Positions 1-8,640 of a stretch of 64,000 nucleotides of DNA are shown piece after piece. The stretch comes from an uncultured Acidimicrobiales bacterium (GTDB taxonomy: Bacteria; Actinomycetota; Acidimicrobiia; Acidimicrobiales; Aldehydirespiratoraceae). The notes below the pieces were generated by a model that worked only from the letters and a program-made list of their open reading frames with translations, had not been told where the DNA came from and searched no databases. The stretch's first letter is position 1, and every line of letters starts with the position of its first letter. A program made the translations under genes and the position numbers. The stretch covers positions 579,808-643,807 of the forward strand of contig CATQHS010000001.1 of NCBI GenBank assembly GCA_958296055.1. The letters run 5' to 3'.

Positions 1-463
1 TGGCGCCGTCCACGCCGGGGGTCACGTCCACCACCCCGAGGCGGCGGACCAAGTCTGGGTGCTCGGCGGCCAAGGCGATGGCGGTGAGGCCCCCCAGCGA
101 CATGCCCACCACCGCCTCGGCCTCGGGGGCCAGGGCGGAGACGGCCGCGGCCACGTCGGCGGCCATGTTCTGGGGGCCGTAGCGGTGGTCGGGCCGGTGG
201 TCGGAGCGGCCGTGGCCGGGGAGGTCCACCGCCACCAGGGGCCGGTCCAAGGCCAGAGCCACCGTGTCCCAGGTGTGGGCGTTCTGGGCTCCGCCGTGGA
301 TCAGCACCAGCTCGGGGGGCGCGGCGCCCCACACCAGCGCCGACAGGCTCAGCCCGCTGGGGAGGGGGACCGAGGCCCGGCGCACGGCCGGCGGCCCGTT
401 CCAGGCGATGCCGTATTCGGCCGCGTTCTCGGCCAGCATTCCGAACTCGTCGTAGCCGGCCAT
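1..463 (-). CDS. alpha/beta hydrolase, N-terminal part (3' end lies beyond window start)
   Basis: Not in the ORF track because it runs off the edge. Hand translation of the minus strand from ATG 463-461 gives MAGYDEFGMLAEN...LVLIHGGAQNAHTWD...VDLPGHGRSD...VVGMSLGGLTAIALAAEHPDLV. It has an HGG oxyanion motif and a GxSxG (GMSLG) nucleophile elbow. Confidence 0.7.
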   Translation of the reverse strand, partial: MAGYDEFGMLAENAAEYGIAWNGPPAVRRASVPLPSGLSLSALVWGAAPPELVLIHGGAQNAHTWDTVALALDRPLVAVDLPGHGRSDHRPDHRYGPQNMAADVAAAVSALAPEAEAVVGMSLGGLTAIALAAEHPDLVRRLGVVDVTPGVDGA

Positions 464-467
464 CGCC

Positions 468-1286
468 TCAGCCTAGATCCGCCCGCCGGGACCGCCTCGG
501 GCTCACCGGCGCCGGCGCCCAGCGGAACCGCCGGGCCGCCACCAGCGCCGCCGCGGCCAGCCAGGCCCCCATGACGGCCATGTGGCCCCACTCGAAGGCG
601 GGGGCGGCCGAGAAGGGGGACATGGCCTCGCCGAAGGCGGAGGCGAAGTGCTTGAGGGGGAAGAAGTCGCCGATCACCTCGAGCCATCGGGGCGGATCCC
701 CTGTCGAGCCCAGCGAGATGAAGACGTTGGAGACGAAGCCCAAGGGGATGAGGGTGGCGTTGGTCATCGACTGGGCCGCGCCCATGGTCCGGGCCAGGGC
801 CGAGACGGCCACGCCGGCGGTGGCGAAGACAGCCGAGCCCGCCACGAAGGCGACGACCATGGCCGGCAGCTTGGCCGCCTCGATGTTCACCCCATAGGCC
901 AGGACTCCCAGCCCCACCATCGCCGCGGTGGACACCAAGGCGATCCACACCGCCGAGCCCACCACCCCGGCCAGGTAGATCCACGGCGGCAGCGGCGTGC
1001 CCCTGACCCGCTTGAGGATGCCCAGCTCTCGGCGAACGGTGAGGTTGATGCCGATGTTCGTGTAGGTGGCCGAGGCCGCCGCGAACACGGCCAGCCCCGG
1101 GGTGTAGAACTGGCTGGTGGTGACTTCGCCGTAGGGGGTGTCGAAGCTCTCGTTGCCGAAGAGGGCGACGAACAGCACCAGCAGCATCACCGGGAACACC
1201 AGGGTGAAGAAGGCCCCGATCGGCACCCGCCAGAAGATCCGGTTCTGGCTGCGGATCTGGGACAGCACCAAGCCGAGCGTCCTCAC
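468..1286 (-). CDS. ABC-2 type transporter permease
   Basis: 272-aa ORF with multiple hydrophobic spans. It has a 4-nt overlap with the upstream ATPase gene. Confidence 0.75.
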   Translation of the reverse strand: MRTLGLVLSQIRSQNRIFWRVPIGAFFTLVFPVMLLVLFVALFGNESFDTPYGEVTTSQFYTPGLAVFAAASATYTNIGINLTVRRELGILKRVRGTPLPPWIYLAGVVGSAVWIALVSTAAMVGLGVLAYGVNIEAAKLPAMVVAFVAGSAVFATAGVAVSALARTMGAAQSMTNATLIPLGFVSNVFISLGSTGDPPRWLEVIGDFFPLKHFASAFGEAMSPFSAAPAFEWGHMAVMGAWLAAAALVAARRFRWAPAPVSPRRSRRADLG

Positions 1287-2320
1287 TCCGACCGCTCCCC
1301 GCCCGCGCCGTCGGCCTCAGTCTCGGCCTCGTCGTTGGTCTCGCCGTCGGCCTCGGTCTCGGCCTCGCCGCCGGTCTCGCCGAATCCGGCCTTGATCTCG
1401 TCGCCGTCGTCGCTCACCAAGGCCAAGTAGGCCTCTTCGAGCGTGGGGCTGGCGACGGTCAGCTCGGCCAGCTCGATCCCCCGGTGGAGGGCCCATCCGG
1501 TGAGGTGGGCCAGATCGGCGGTGGGAGTCTCGGTGGCCACCTCCAAGTGGCGGCCCCGGCCCTTGGTCCGGCCGGCCAACGGGCTCAGCAGCGACTCGAC
1601 CGTGCCTGTCTCTTCGGGCAGCCGGAAGCGGATCAGGGTGGTGCCCGAGGCGTCGGCCCGCAGTTGGGCCGGGGCACCCTCGGCTGCGATCCGACCCCGG
1701 GCCAGCACCGCCACCCGGTCGGCCAGGTGCTCGGCTTCCTCTAAGTAGTGGGTGGTCAGCAGCACGGTCCGGCCCCGGTCGGCCAGGTTCCGGATCAGGT
1801 CCCAGCTCCGGCGCCGGGCGGCCGGGTCGAAGCCGGTGGTCGGCTCGTCGAGGAAGATCAGCTCCGGGTCGCCCACCAGCCCCAAGGCCAGGTCGACCCG
1901 GCGCTGCTGCCCGCCCGACAGCGACGTCACCCGGGCCGAGGCCTTCTCGGTGAGCTCTGCCATCTCGATCATCTCGTCGGTGGGCCGGGGCCGGCGGTAG
2001 ACCCGGCGGTAGAGGTCGATCACCTCGCGCACGGTCAGCTCGGGGTCGATGCCCGAGGACTGCAGCACGATGCCGATCCGGTCCCGGAACCAGCGAGGGG
2101 CCGAGCCGGGATCGACGCCCAGAACCTCCACCGACCCGGCGCTGCGGCGGCGGTGTCCTTCGAGGATCTCGACGATGGTGGACTTGCCCGCCCCGTTGGG
2201 GCCCAGCAGGGCCACCACCTCCCCCTCGGCCACCTCGAACGACACGCCGTCCACCGCCCGGACGGCCCCGTAGTCCTTGACCAGGCCGTCCACGGCGATC
2301 ACGGCGCTCACGCCGGTCAC
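1283..2320 (-). CDS. ABC transporter ATP-binding protein (DrrA/ABC-2 type) with acidic repeat tail
   Basis: Walker A GPNGAGKST, signature LSGGQQRR and Walker B LIFLDEPT. GTG start at 2320. The C-terminus (ETEADGETNDEAETEADG) is encoded by a 36-bp x2 tandem repeat at about 1306-1377. Confidence 0.9.
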   Translation of the reverse strand: MTGVSAVIAVDGLVKDYGAVRAVDGVSFEVAEGEVVALLGPNGAGKSTIVEILEGHRRRSAGSVEVLGVDPGSAPRWFRDRIGIVLQSSGIDPELTVREVIDLYRRVYRRPRPTDEMIEMAELTEKASARVTSLSGGQQRRVDLALGLVGDPELIFLDEPTTGFDPAARRRSWDLIRNLADRGRTVLLTTHYLEEAEHLADRVAVLARGRIAAEGAPAQLRADASGTTLIRFRLPEETGTVESLLSPLAGRTKGRGRHLEVATETPTADLAHLTGWALHRGIELAELTVASPTLEEAYLALVSDDGDEIKAGFGETGGEAETEADGETNDEAETEADGAGGERSE

Positions 2321-2392
2321 CCTAGCGGTGGGTCGAGGCGGTCCCGGGTGCCATGAGCCGGTTGCCGTCGCCCCCTTTGAGCCTTTGCTCTG

Positions 2393-2534
2393 CTCGGCCG
2401 GCGGGTCCTGTCACGGGGGCGTTTGCTCCCCTTCGGGCGCTCGTGTCGTCCCGGCCGGCGGGTCCTGTCACGGGGGCGGTCGTCGCCGCAAGCGGCGCCG
2501 ACGCTGACCCCCGTGCCACTCTCCGGCCTGGATC
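2393..2534 (-). repeat. 87-nt palindromic MITE/REP-like element, copy D (2448-2534), plus an extra right-arm fragment (2393-2421)
   Basis: The reverse complement matches the element at 33504-33590, 34262-34348 and 36674-36760 almost base for base. It lies about 110 bp upstream of HNH gene 1. Confidence 0.85.
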
Positions 2535-2554
2535 ACCGCGCCACCCCGACCGAC

Positions 2555-2641
2555 TCAAACTTTTTGAATATTTTTCAAATTTTTCTGAGATATTTCAGGT
2601 AATAGGGTGTGATTGTCTCACCCCTGCTATAGAGTGATCAT
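2555..2641 (+). promoter_or_regulatory. AT-rich putative promoter region of HNH gene 1 (possible leaderless start)
   Basis: A strikingly AT-rich stretch in a GC-rich genome. It holds the palindrome TTTGAA-N5-TTCAAA (about 2564-2580). A TATAGA hexamer at 2628-2633 lies 8 nt before ATG 2642. No convincing -35 was found. Confidence 0.3.
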
Positions 2642-4291
2642 ATGTTCACCGAGAAGGTCGAATGCGTCGAAGAGGGGCTGGCCTGGCTGCTGGAAGCGAC
2701 CCGGTCGGGGGAACTGCCGGTGGGGCGGCTCAAGGACCTAGTCGCGGTCAGCCGGGCGTGGGAGGCCAAGGTGACCGCGTTGCAGACCGACGCGGCTCGG
2801 TTGATCGCGGCCCGGGAGCGCCATGGCGATGGCGGGGCGTCGGTGCTGCGCTACCAGGCCGGGAAATCGAAGTCCCAGGCCCGCCGCAGCCTGGGCGCGG
2901 CGGAGGTCCTCGACGAGATGCCGGGGGTGCGCACCGCGGTCGACGCCGGGGAAGTGTCTTTGGCCAACGCCGAGCGCTTGGCGGATGCGGCCAAGCGCAC
3001 CAACCCTGAGGCGGTGGACTCCGCTTCTGATCTGTTGGCTCAGGCTAAGGAGCTGCCGCCGGATCAGTTCGCCCGCCAGGTCGGGGCCTGGACTCAGCGT
3101 CACCAATCCGATCATGGCCATGACGACTGGCTGCACAAACGCAGACGGCGGTACCTGAAGACTTGGAAGCAACAAGACGGCATGGTGCGCCTCGACGGCC
3201 TACTCGACCCCGAGACCGGCACCCGCATCTGCTCCCGCCTGCAAGACACCGCCGAACAACTGCGCCGCCAAGACCAACACGCAGCCCGCAACGGTGCCGG
3301 CCCGGACGCCGGCTATAGGCCAGCCGCCGACGGGGCGCTGGGCTCCGGCGAAAGACCCGCCATCGCCCAGACCAGCGGCCGTTCAGGCAACGGCGAGGGA
3401 TCCGCGGCTGCTGGCGGCTTCGACCTGGGCGAAGAATCCCGATCCTGGGACCAGCTCCGAGCCGACGCCCTCGACCTGCTCACTTCAGGCGCCGCCGACG
3501 ACGCCAAGGGCCGCGGCGGCTCCGGCGGGCGGCCTAAAGCTGAGGTCATCGTGGTGGCCGACATCGGCGTCCTCACCGGGGAGGACCCCTCAGGGCGCTG
3601 CGAGATACCCGGCACCGGGTCCGTGCCCCCCGCCGTGCTGCAGCGCATCGCCTGCGACGCCCAACTCGCCGGGATCTTGTTCAGCGAAGGCAAGCCGCTT
3701 TACCACGGGGCCAGGGTGCGCACCGCCACCACCAAACAATGGCGGGCCCTCATCGCCCGCGACCGCGGCTGCATCGGCTGCGGCGCCGAACCCAGCCGCT
3801 GCCAAGCCCACCACATCATCCCCTACGCCCAAACCCGCCGCACCGACATCGAAAACCTCGTCCTCGTCTGCTGGCGCTGCCACCACAACATCCACGACCA
3901 CCACTGGCGCATCACCCACCGACAAGGCAAACCCGCTCTCGAGCCGCCTGACCCCCTAGCCCCGCCCGATCCCGCCAACGGCCAACACCCCCACGACGCC
4001 AGGGATGCCCGCCAACCGCGACCAAGCCGCGGCCCGCAGCCAACCAGAACCCGAACCGACCCCAACCCGAACCGCTCTAGATCGGGCCCGGTCAGCGGCC
4101 CCGACCCGCCCCGGCCAACAACACCCGCCTGTTCTACACCTGAACCGCTTCAGATCGGGCCCGGCCAGCGGCCCCGACCCGCCCCGGCCAACAGCACCCG
4201 CCCTGTTCGACACCTGACCGCCGCCCTGTCAGCGGCGGGGATCGACCCGGCCCGACTCCGGCAACCAGCACCCGCCCTGTTCGACACCTGA
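2642..4291 (+). CDS. DUF222 / HNH endonuclease family protein (REP13E12-type), copy 1
   Basis: 549-aa ORF. C-terminal HNH motif CIGCGAEPSRCQAHHIIPY...NLVLVCWRCHHNIHDHHW. The N-terminal helical region is typical of DUF222. The true stop is uncertain because the 3' end lies in a tandem repeat carrying alternative stops. Confidence 0.8.
   Translation: MFTEKVECVEEGLAWLLEATRSGELPVGRLKDLVAVSRAWEAKVTALQTDAARLIAARERHGDGGASVLRYQAGKSKSQARRSLGAAEVLDEMPGVRTAVDAGEVSLANAERLADAAKRTNPEAVDSASDLLAQAKELPPDQFARQVGAWTQRHQSDHGHDDWLHKRRRRYLKTWKQQDGMVRLDGLLDPETGTRICSRLQDTAEQLRRQDQHAARNGAGPDAGYRPAADGALGSGERPAIAQTSGRSGNGEGSAAAGGFDLGEESRSWDQLRADALDLLTSGAADDAKGRGGSGGRPKAEVIVVADIGVLTGEDPSGRCEIPGTGSVPPAVLQRIACDAQLAGILFSEGKPLYHGARVRTATTKQWRALIARDRGCIGCGAEPSRCQAHHIIPYAQTRRTDIENLVLVCWRCHHNIHDHHWRITHRQGKPALEPPDPLAPPDPANGQHPHDARDARQPRPSRGPQPTRTRTDPNPNRSRSGPVSGPDPPRPTTPACSTPEPLQIGPGQRPRPAPANSTRPVRHLTAALSAAGIDPARLRQPAPALFDT
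4069..4290 (+). repeat. 73-74 bp tandem repeat x about 3 at the 3' end of HNH gene 1
   Basis: Copies at 4069-4141 and 4142-4215, with a diverged third copy at 4216-4290. Copies 2 and 3 end in CTGTTCGACACCTGA; copy 1 has the variant CTGTTCTACACCTGA. The hairpin CCGCCGC-N7-GCGGCGG at about 4219-4241 lies inside copy 3. Confidence 0.85.
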
Positions 4292-4418
4292 CCAGGTAAC
4301 CGGGGAAGCAACCGCCAATCCCCGTCACGCCAATGGACCCATCACCGGTTGTTCCACTCTCGGCCTGCGCCCCGGCGAGCCTTCACCGCATCGGCGGTCC
4401 AAGAAACGGCGGGTCCGT

Positions 4419-4844
4419 TTGGGCCGGAGGGCTCTCTTCGGGCACCATGGGGCGATGAGGCCGATGAAGGGGACGGTGGTTATCGCCGAGTACGCCGATT
4501 TCTTCGAGGCCAAGCTGGCCAAGGCCCGCCTGACCGAGGCCGGCTTCGAGTCGGCGGTGCTGTTCGATCCGGCCACCGAGGTGGCCCCCCAACACGTGAC
4601 CCACCGGACGGTGTTCATCGCGGTGGCTGAGACGGCGGCCGAGGAGGCCGCCGCCGTGTTGGCGGAGGTGCCCAAAGACGAGGAGGCCGAGCGCCTCGAC
4701 GCCGCCTTCCACCATCACCGATTCTCGGACCGCCCGGCCTGGATTCGCTACGCCACCTGGGCCCTCGTCATCGCCGTGCCCGGCCCCTTCGCCATCGCCG
4801 GCCTGTGGGTGCTGTGGCGGGTGCTGCAGGGCCTTTTCCCCTGA
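4419..4844 (+). CDS. hypothetical membrane-anchored protein; N-terminal domain resembles DUF2007-type putative signal-transducing proteins
   Basis: 141-aa ORF with one C-terminal TM segment (WALVIAVPGPFAIAGLWVLW). The start is uncertain; alternative ATGs are at 4455 and 4464. Confidence 0.4.
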   Translation: MGRRALFGHHGAMRPMKGTVVIAEYADFFEAKLAKARLTEAGFESAVLFDPATEVAPQHVTHRTVFIAVAETAAEEAAAVLAEVPKDEEAERLDAAFHHHRFSDRPAWIRYATWALVIAVPGPFAIAGLWVLWRVLQGLFP

Positions 4845-4873
4845 TCCCCCCCCCATTCAAAGGACTCGAACCC

Positions 4874-5776
4874 ATGCCCGACCCGTCACCGCCCAACTCA
4901 CCCCCCGGCCCGCTCTCTTCGACGGACCCGTCACCGCCCAACTCACCCCCCGCCGGCGGGCTGGGCGATCTGGTCAGCTACGCGGGCAAGAAGGTGGTGC
5001 TCACCGGCGGGGCCAGCGGTCTGGGGGCGGCCGCGGTCGAACTCCTGGCCCGCTCGGGCTGCACCGACCTGACCGTGCTCGACGTGAAGGAGCCGACCGG
5101 GCCGGCCACCCGCTTCATTCCCGCCGACATGAGCGACCCCGACTCGATAGACGCGGCCGCGGCCGAGATCGGCGGCGGCGTGGACGTGCTGTTCAACAAC
5201 GCCGGGGTGGCCGGGGTTCACGCCGGCGACTTCGTGCTCCGGGTCAACTACCTGGGCCTGCGCCGCCTCAGCGAGAGCCTGTTGCCCACCATGAACTCCG
5301 GCGGAGCCATAGTCAACACCGCTTCCATCATCGGCGCCGGCTGGCGCGATCGCCTGGACGTGATCAACGAGCTGATCGCCATCGAGGGCTGGGACGAGGC
5401 CGTCGAGTGGATGTCGGAGCACTCCGAGTTGGTGGAGGCGGCCCCGTACGACCTGTCCAAGGAGCTGGTCCAGGTGTGGACCATGCACAGCTCCCACCGC
5501 AGTCTCACCCGGTTCGGGGTGCGCACCAACAGCCTGTGCCCGGGGGTGCTCGACACTCCCCTGATCGTCGACTTCCGCCGCCAGGCCACCGAAAAGGTGA
5601 TCGACTGGGCCATCGAGCAGTCGGGCGGGATCATCAGCCCCGAGCACATGGCCGCGCCGCTGGTGTTCCTCGGCGCCGACGCGGCCGCGGCCCTCAACGG
5701 CGCCAACGTGGTGGCCGACCGCGGCTTCAGCGCCTGGATGACCACCGACCACGTGGACTACTCGGCCCTGGCCTGA
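4874..5776 (+). CDS. SDR family oxidoreductase
   Basis: Rossmann motif VVLTGGASGLG and NNAG. I moved the start to ATG 4874. The N-terminus carries a duplicated DPSPPNSPP, encoded by 28-bp cores at 4880-4907 and 4925-4952, 45 bp apart. Confidence 0.8.
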   Translation: MPDPSPPNSPPGPLSSTDPSPPNSPPAGGLGDLVSYAGKKVVLTGGASGLGAAAVELLARSGCTDLTVLDVKEPTGPATRFIPADMSDPDSIDAAAAEIGGGVDVLFNNAGVAGVHAGDFVLRVNYLGLRRLSESLLPTMNSGGAIVNTASIIGAGWRDRLDVINELIAIEGWDEAVEWMSEHSELVEAAPYDLSKELVQVWTMHSSHRSLTRFGVRTNSLCPGVLDTPLIVDFRRQATEKVIDWAIEQSGGIISPEHMAAPLVFLGADAAAALNGANVVADRGFSAWMTTDHVDYSALA

Positions 5777-5812
5777 CGGGCGAACACTGTCGAATACTGT
5801 GGCCTTCCCGGC

Positions 5813-5888
5813 GCTGGCCGCCTCGCCATGAACGCCGCAGCCCCGCCGACGCTGGCCCCCTCGCCATGAACGCCGCCGCCCCACCAGC
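5813..5888 (+). repeat. 38-bp tandem duplication spanning the helicase start codon
   Basis: Copy 1 is GCTGGCCGCCTCGCCATGAACGCCGCAGCCCCGCCGAC. Copy 2 is GCTGGCCCCCTCGCCATGAACGCCGCCGCCCCACCAGC. The copy-1 ATG (5828) opens a 13-codon ORF whose TGA (5867-5869) overlaps the real ATG at 5866. Confidence 0.9.
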
Positions 5889-8433
5889 GCTGGGCGAGCG
5901 CCTGCCGGGCGGCGGAGATCCCGACGAGCTGCTGGAGGCCTTCGAGCAGTGGGCGGCCGACGCGGGCTTCGAGCTCTACGAGCACCAGCAGGAGGCGGTG
6001 CTGCACCTGCTGGCCGACGACCACGTGGTGCTGGCCACCCCCACCGGGTCGGGCAAGTCGCTGGTGGCGATGGCCGGGATCTTCGCCGCGGTGGCCCGGG
6101 GTCTGAGGGCTGTCTACACCGCGCCGGTCAAGGCGCTGGTGAGCGAGAAGTTCTTCGAGCTGACCGCGGCCTTCGGCGCCGACCGGGTGGGCATGGTCAC
6201 CGGGGACGCCACCGTCAACGGCAACGCCCCGGTGATCGCCTGCACGGCCGAGATCCTGGCCAACCGGACCCTGAGGGCCGGCCCCGTCATCGACGTGGAT
6301 CTGGTGGTGATGGACGAGATCCACTACTACGGCGACCGGGACCGGGGCTGGGCCTGGCAGGTGCCGCTGCTGGAGTTGAACCGGCCCCAGTTCCTGCTCA
6401 TGTCGGCCACCCTGGGCGACACCGCCCGGATGCGGGCCGACCTTCAGGCTCGGACCGGGCGGGACGCCGCCCTGGTGGCGTCGGCCCAGCGGCCGGTGCC
6501 CCTGGACTTCGAGTACCGCGAAACCCCGCTGCACGTGTCGGTCGAGAAGCTGCTGTCCTCGGGAAAGGCGCCGGTCTACATCGTCCATTTCACCCAGAGG
6601 GAGGCCTCGGCCCGGGCCCAGAGCCTGACCAGCCTCAAAGTGCTGACCCCCGACGAGAAGACGGCCGTGCGCGAGGCGGTGGGCCGGTTCCGCTTTGACA
6701 CCCCCGTCGGCAAGGACCTGAGGCGCTTCGTGCTGGCCGGCATCGGCGTCCACCACGCCGGCCTGCTCCCCAAGTACCGGCTGCTGGTGGAGAAGCTGGC
6801 CCAGCAGGGCCTGCTCCGGCTGATATGCGGCACCGACACCCTGGGGGTGGGGGTGAACGTGCCCATCCGCACCGTGCTGTTCACCCAGCTCTTCAAGTAC
6901 GACGGGCGCCGGACTCGGGTGCTGTCGGTGCGGGACTTCCAGCAGATCGCGGGGCGGGCCGGACGCCGGGGCTTCGACGACGCCGGGAGCGTGTGGGTGC
7001 AGGCCCCCGAGCACGTCATCGAGAACAAGCGGGCCGAGGTGAAAGCAGCCGCAGCCGCCGGGGGCGGCAAGCGCCGCAAGCCGGTCCGCAAGAAGCCGCC
7101 CGAGCGGGGCTACGCCCACTACGACGCCGACACCCTGGCCCGGCTGGCGGCCGGGGCGCCCGAAACCCTGGAGTCGAGCTTCCGGGTGACCCACGCCATG
7201 ATGCTCAACGTCTTAGACCGGCCCGGCGACGGCTGTGTGGCCATGAAGCGGCTGCTGGTCGACAACCACGAGCCCCGGCCCCGCCAGCGCAACCACATCC
7301 GCCGGGCGGTGAGCGTGTTCCGGTCGCTGGTGGACGCCGGGATCGTCGAGGTGCTGGACGAGCCCGACGAACTGGGCCGCCCGGTGCGGGTCGGTCTCGA
7401 CCTCCAGGACGAGTTCCGGCTCAACCAGCCCCTGTCGCTGTTCGCGGTGGAGGCGGTGGGGGTGCTCGACCAAGACGCCGCCGACTACCACCTGCAGGTG
7501 CTCAGCCTGGTGGAGTCGATCCTCGAGGACCCGACGGTGGTGCTGATGGCCCAGCTCGACCGGATCAAGGACGAGCTGATGAGCCAGATGAAGGCCGAGG
7601 GCGTGGAGTACGAGGAGCGGATGAGCCGACTGGCCGAGGCGACCTGGCCCCGGCCCGAGGCCGGATTCATCGAGGGGGCCTTCGAGGTGTTCGCCCGCCA
7701 TCACCCCTGGGTGGGGCGGGACCGGCCCGGCCCCAAGTCGGTGGTGCGGGACATGCTCGAATGCGCCGACACCTTCAACCAGTACGTGGCCCGCTACGGC
7801 CTGAAGCGGTCGGAGGGGGTGCTGCTGCGCTACCTGTCGGAGTGCTACCGGACGCTGACCCAAACCGTGCCGCCCGAGGCGGTCACCGGCGAGCTCGAGG
7901 ACATCGCGGCCTGGCTGGGCGCGGTTGTCCGCCACGTCGACTCCAGCCTGCTGGACGAGTGGGAGCGGCTCCGACAACCCGAGGGGCCGGCGGCCGATTC
8001 GCCGTTCCCCGGCGACGGTGACGACGGGGGCGCCGGCGGCGACGGTGACGACGGGGGCGACGCCGACATCACCGCCGACCGGCGGGCCTTCGAGGTGATG
8101 GTCCGCAACGAGATGTTCGGCTGGGTGCAGTTGCTGGCCCGGCGGGCCCACGGCGAGCTGGCCGCCCGGTTGGCCGACTCCGGGGACTGGACTGAAGCCG
8201 ACTTGGACCGGGCCATGGCCCCCTACTGGGCCGAGCACGACGCCATCGGGATCGACGGCGAGGCCCGGTCCCGGCGTTGGGTCGACATCGACGACGGCAC
8301 CGGCCGGGTCGCCCAGAGGCTGCTCGACCCGGCCGGGCACCACGAATGGGCAGTCGAAGCCCGCATCGACCGGGCCGAATCCCGGACCCAGCAGCAGGCA
8401 GTGATGGCGCTGATCGGGATCAACCGCCTCTAG
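5866..8433 (+). CDS. DEAD/DEAH-box (Ski2-like) helicase with long C-terminal domain (DUF3516-type)
   Basis: Walker A ATPTGSGKS, DEIH box (VVMDEIHYYGD), SAT (LMSATLG) and motif VI QIAGRAGRRG. I set the start at ATG 5866 because the track ORF 5' part (5407-5865) overlaps the SDR gene out of frame. Confidence 0.9.
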   Translation: MNAAAPPALGERLPGGGDPDELLEAFEQWAADAGFELYEHQQEAVLHLLADDHVVLATPTGSGKSLVAMAGIFAAVARGLRAVYTAPVKALVSEKFFELTAAFGADRVGMVTGDATVNGNAPVIACTAEILANRTLRAGPVIDVDLVVMDEIHYYGDRDRGWAWQVPLLELNRPQFLLMSATLGDTARMRADLQARTGRDAALVASAQRPVPLDFEYRETPLHVSVEKLLSSGKAPVYIVHFTQREASARAQSLTSLKVLTPDEKTAVREAVGRFRFDTPVGKDLRRFVLAGIGVHHAGLLPKYRLLVEKLAQQGLLRLICGTDTLGVGVNVPIRTVLFTQLFKYDGRRTRVLSVRDFQQIAGRAGRRGFDDAGSVWVQAPEHVIENKRAEVKAAAAAGGGKRRKPVRKKPPERGYAHYDADTLARLAAGAPETLESSFRVTHAMMLNVLDRPGDGCVAMKRLLVDNHEPRPRQRNHIRRAVSVFRSLVDAGIVEVLDEPDELGRPVRVGLDLQDEFRLNQPLSLFAVEAVGVLDQDAADYHLQVLSLVESILEDPTVVLMAQLDRIKDELMSQMKAEGVEYEERMSRLAEATWPRPEAGFIEGAFEVFARHHPWVGRDRPGPKSVVRDMLECADTFNQYVARYGLKRSEGVLLRYLSECYRTLTQTVPPEAVTGELEDIAAWLGAVVRHVDSSLLDEWERLRQPEGPAADSPFPGDGDDGGAGGDGDDGGDADITADRRAFEVMVRNEMFGWVQLLARRAHGELAARLADSGDWTEADLDRAMAPYWAEHDAIGIDGEARSRRWVDIDDGTGRVAQRLLDPAGHHEWAVEARIDRAESRTQQQAVMALIGINRL

Positions 8434-8523
8434 CGCAGGCCCGCCCGCATCACGCGCTAACAACCTCACGCGAACTGACACCTAGCGCGGCCCGACCGCC
8501 TCTAGCGCAGGCCCGCGCCGGCT

Positions 8524-8585
8524 GGTTTTCTGATGTCCTACTAGGTTTTCTAACGCCCTACTTGGGTTTTTCTGAGCAAAGATTG
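8524..8585. repeat. three 20-21 bp AT-rich direct repeats (GGTTTT(T)CT[G/A]A...)
   Basis: Units at 8524-8543, 8544-8564 and 8565-8585. They lie between convergent genes, and the third unit merges into the terminator hairpin. Confidence 0.7.
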
Positions 8586-8615
8586 TCGCTATACGACAAC
8601 GCTTGCTCAGAAAAA
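8567..8615. terminator. bidirectional intrinsic terminator hairpin
   Basis: TTTTTCTGAGCAAAGATTGTCG / loop CTATA / CGACAACGCTTGCTCAGAAAAA. By hand pairing it has 6 + 13 bp around a 3-nt internal mismatch. The T5/A5 flanks give a U-tract on either strand. It sits between the helicase (+) and the repeat protein (-). Confidence 0.75.
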
Positions 8616-8640
8616 CTTGGGGGACTGGGGGACTGGGGGG

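Noticed and set aside
5407-5865. N-terminal 153 codons of the 1008-aa helicase ORF. The same issue affects 47772-48068 for ppx, 21952-23631 for OppC, 19773-20990 for OppF, 20783-22114 for OppD and 54327-56222 for the amidohydrolase.
   Set aside because: These 5' extensions overlap the upstream genes out of frame and are Arg/Pro-rich. The internal starts coincide with stop/start overlaps or an RBS, and with the expected family N-termini.
5758-7194. 478-aa minus-strand ORF. Similar long antisense ORFs occur at 7213-8481, 46742-49024, 38673-40550, 49502-51055, 9354-10460 and 56167-57357.
   Set aside because: Each lies opposite a gene with clear conserved motifs. Each has Arg/Gly/Pro-dominated composition and no recognisable domain. 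I treat them as GC-driven spurious frames.
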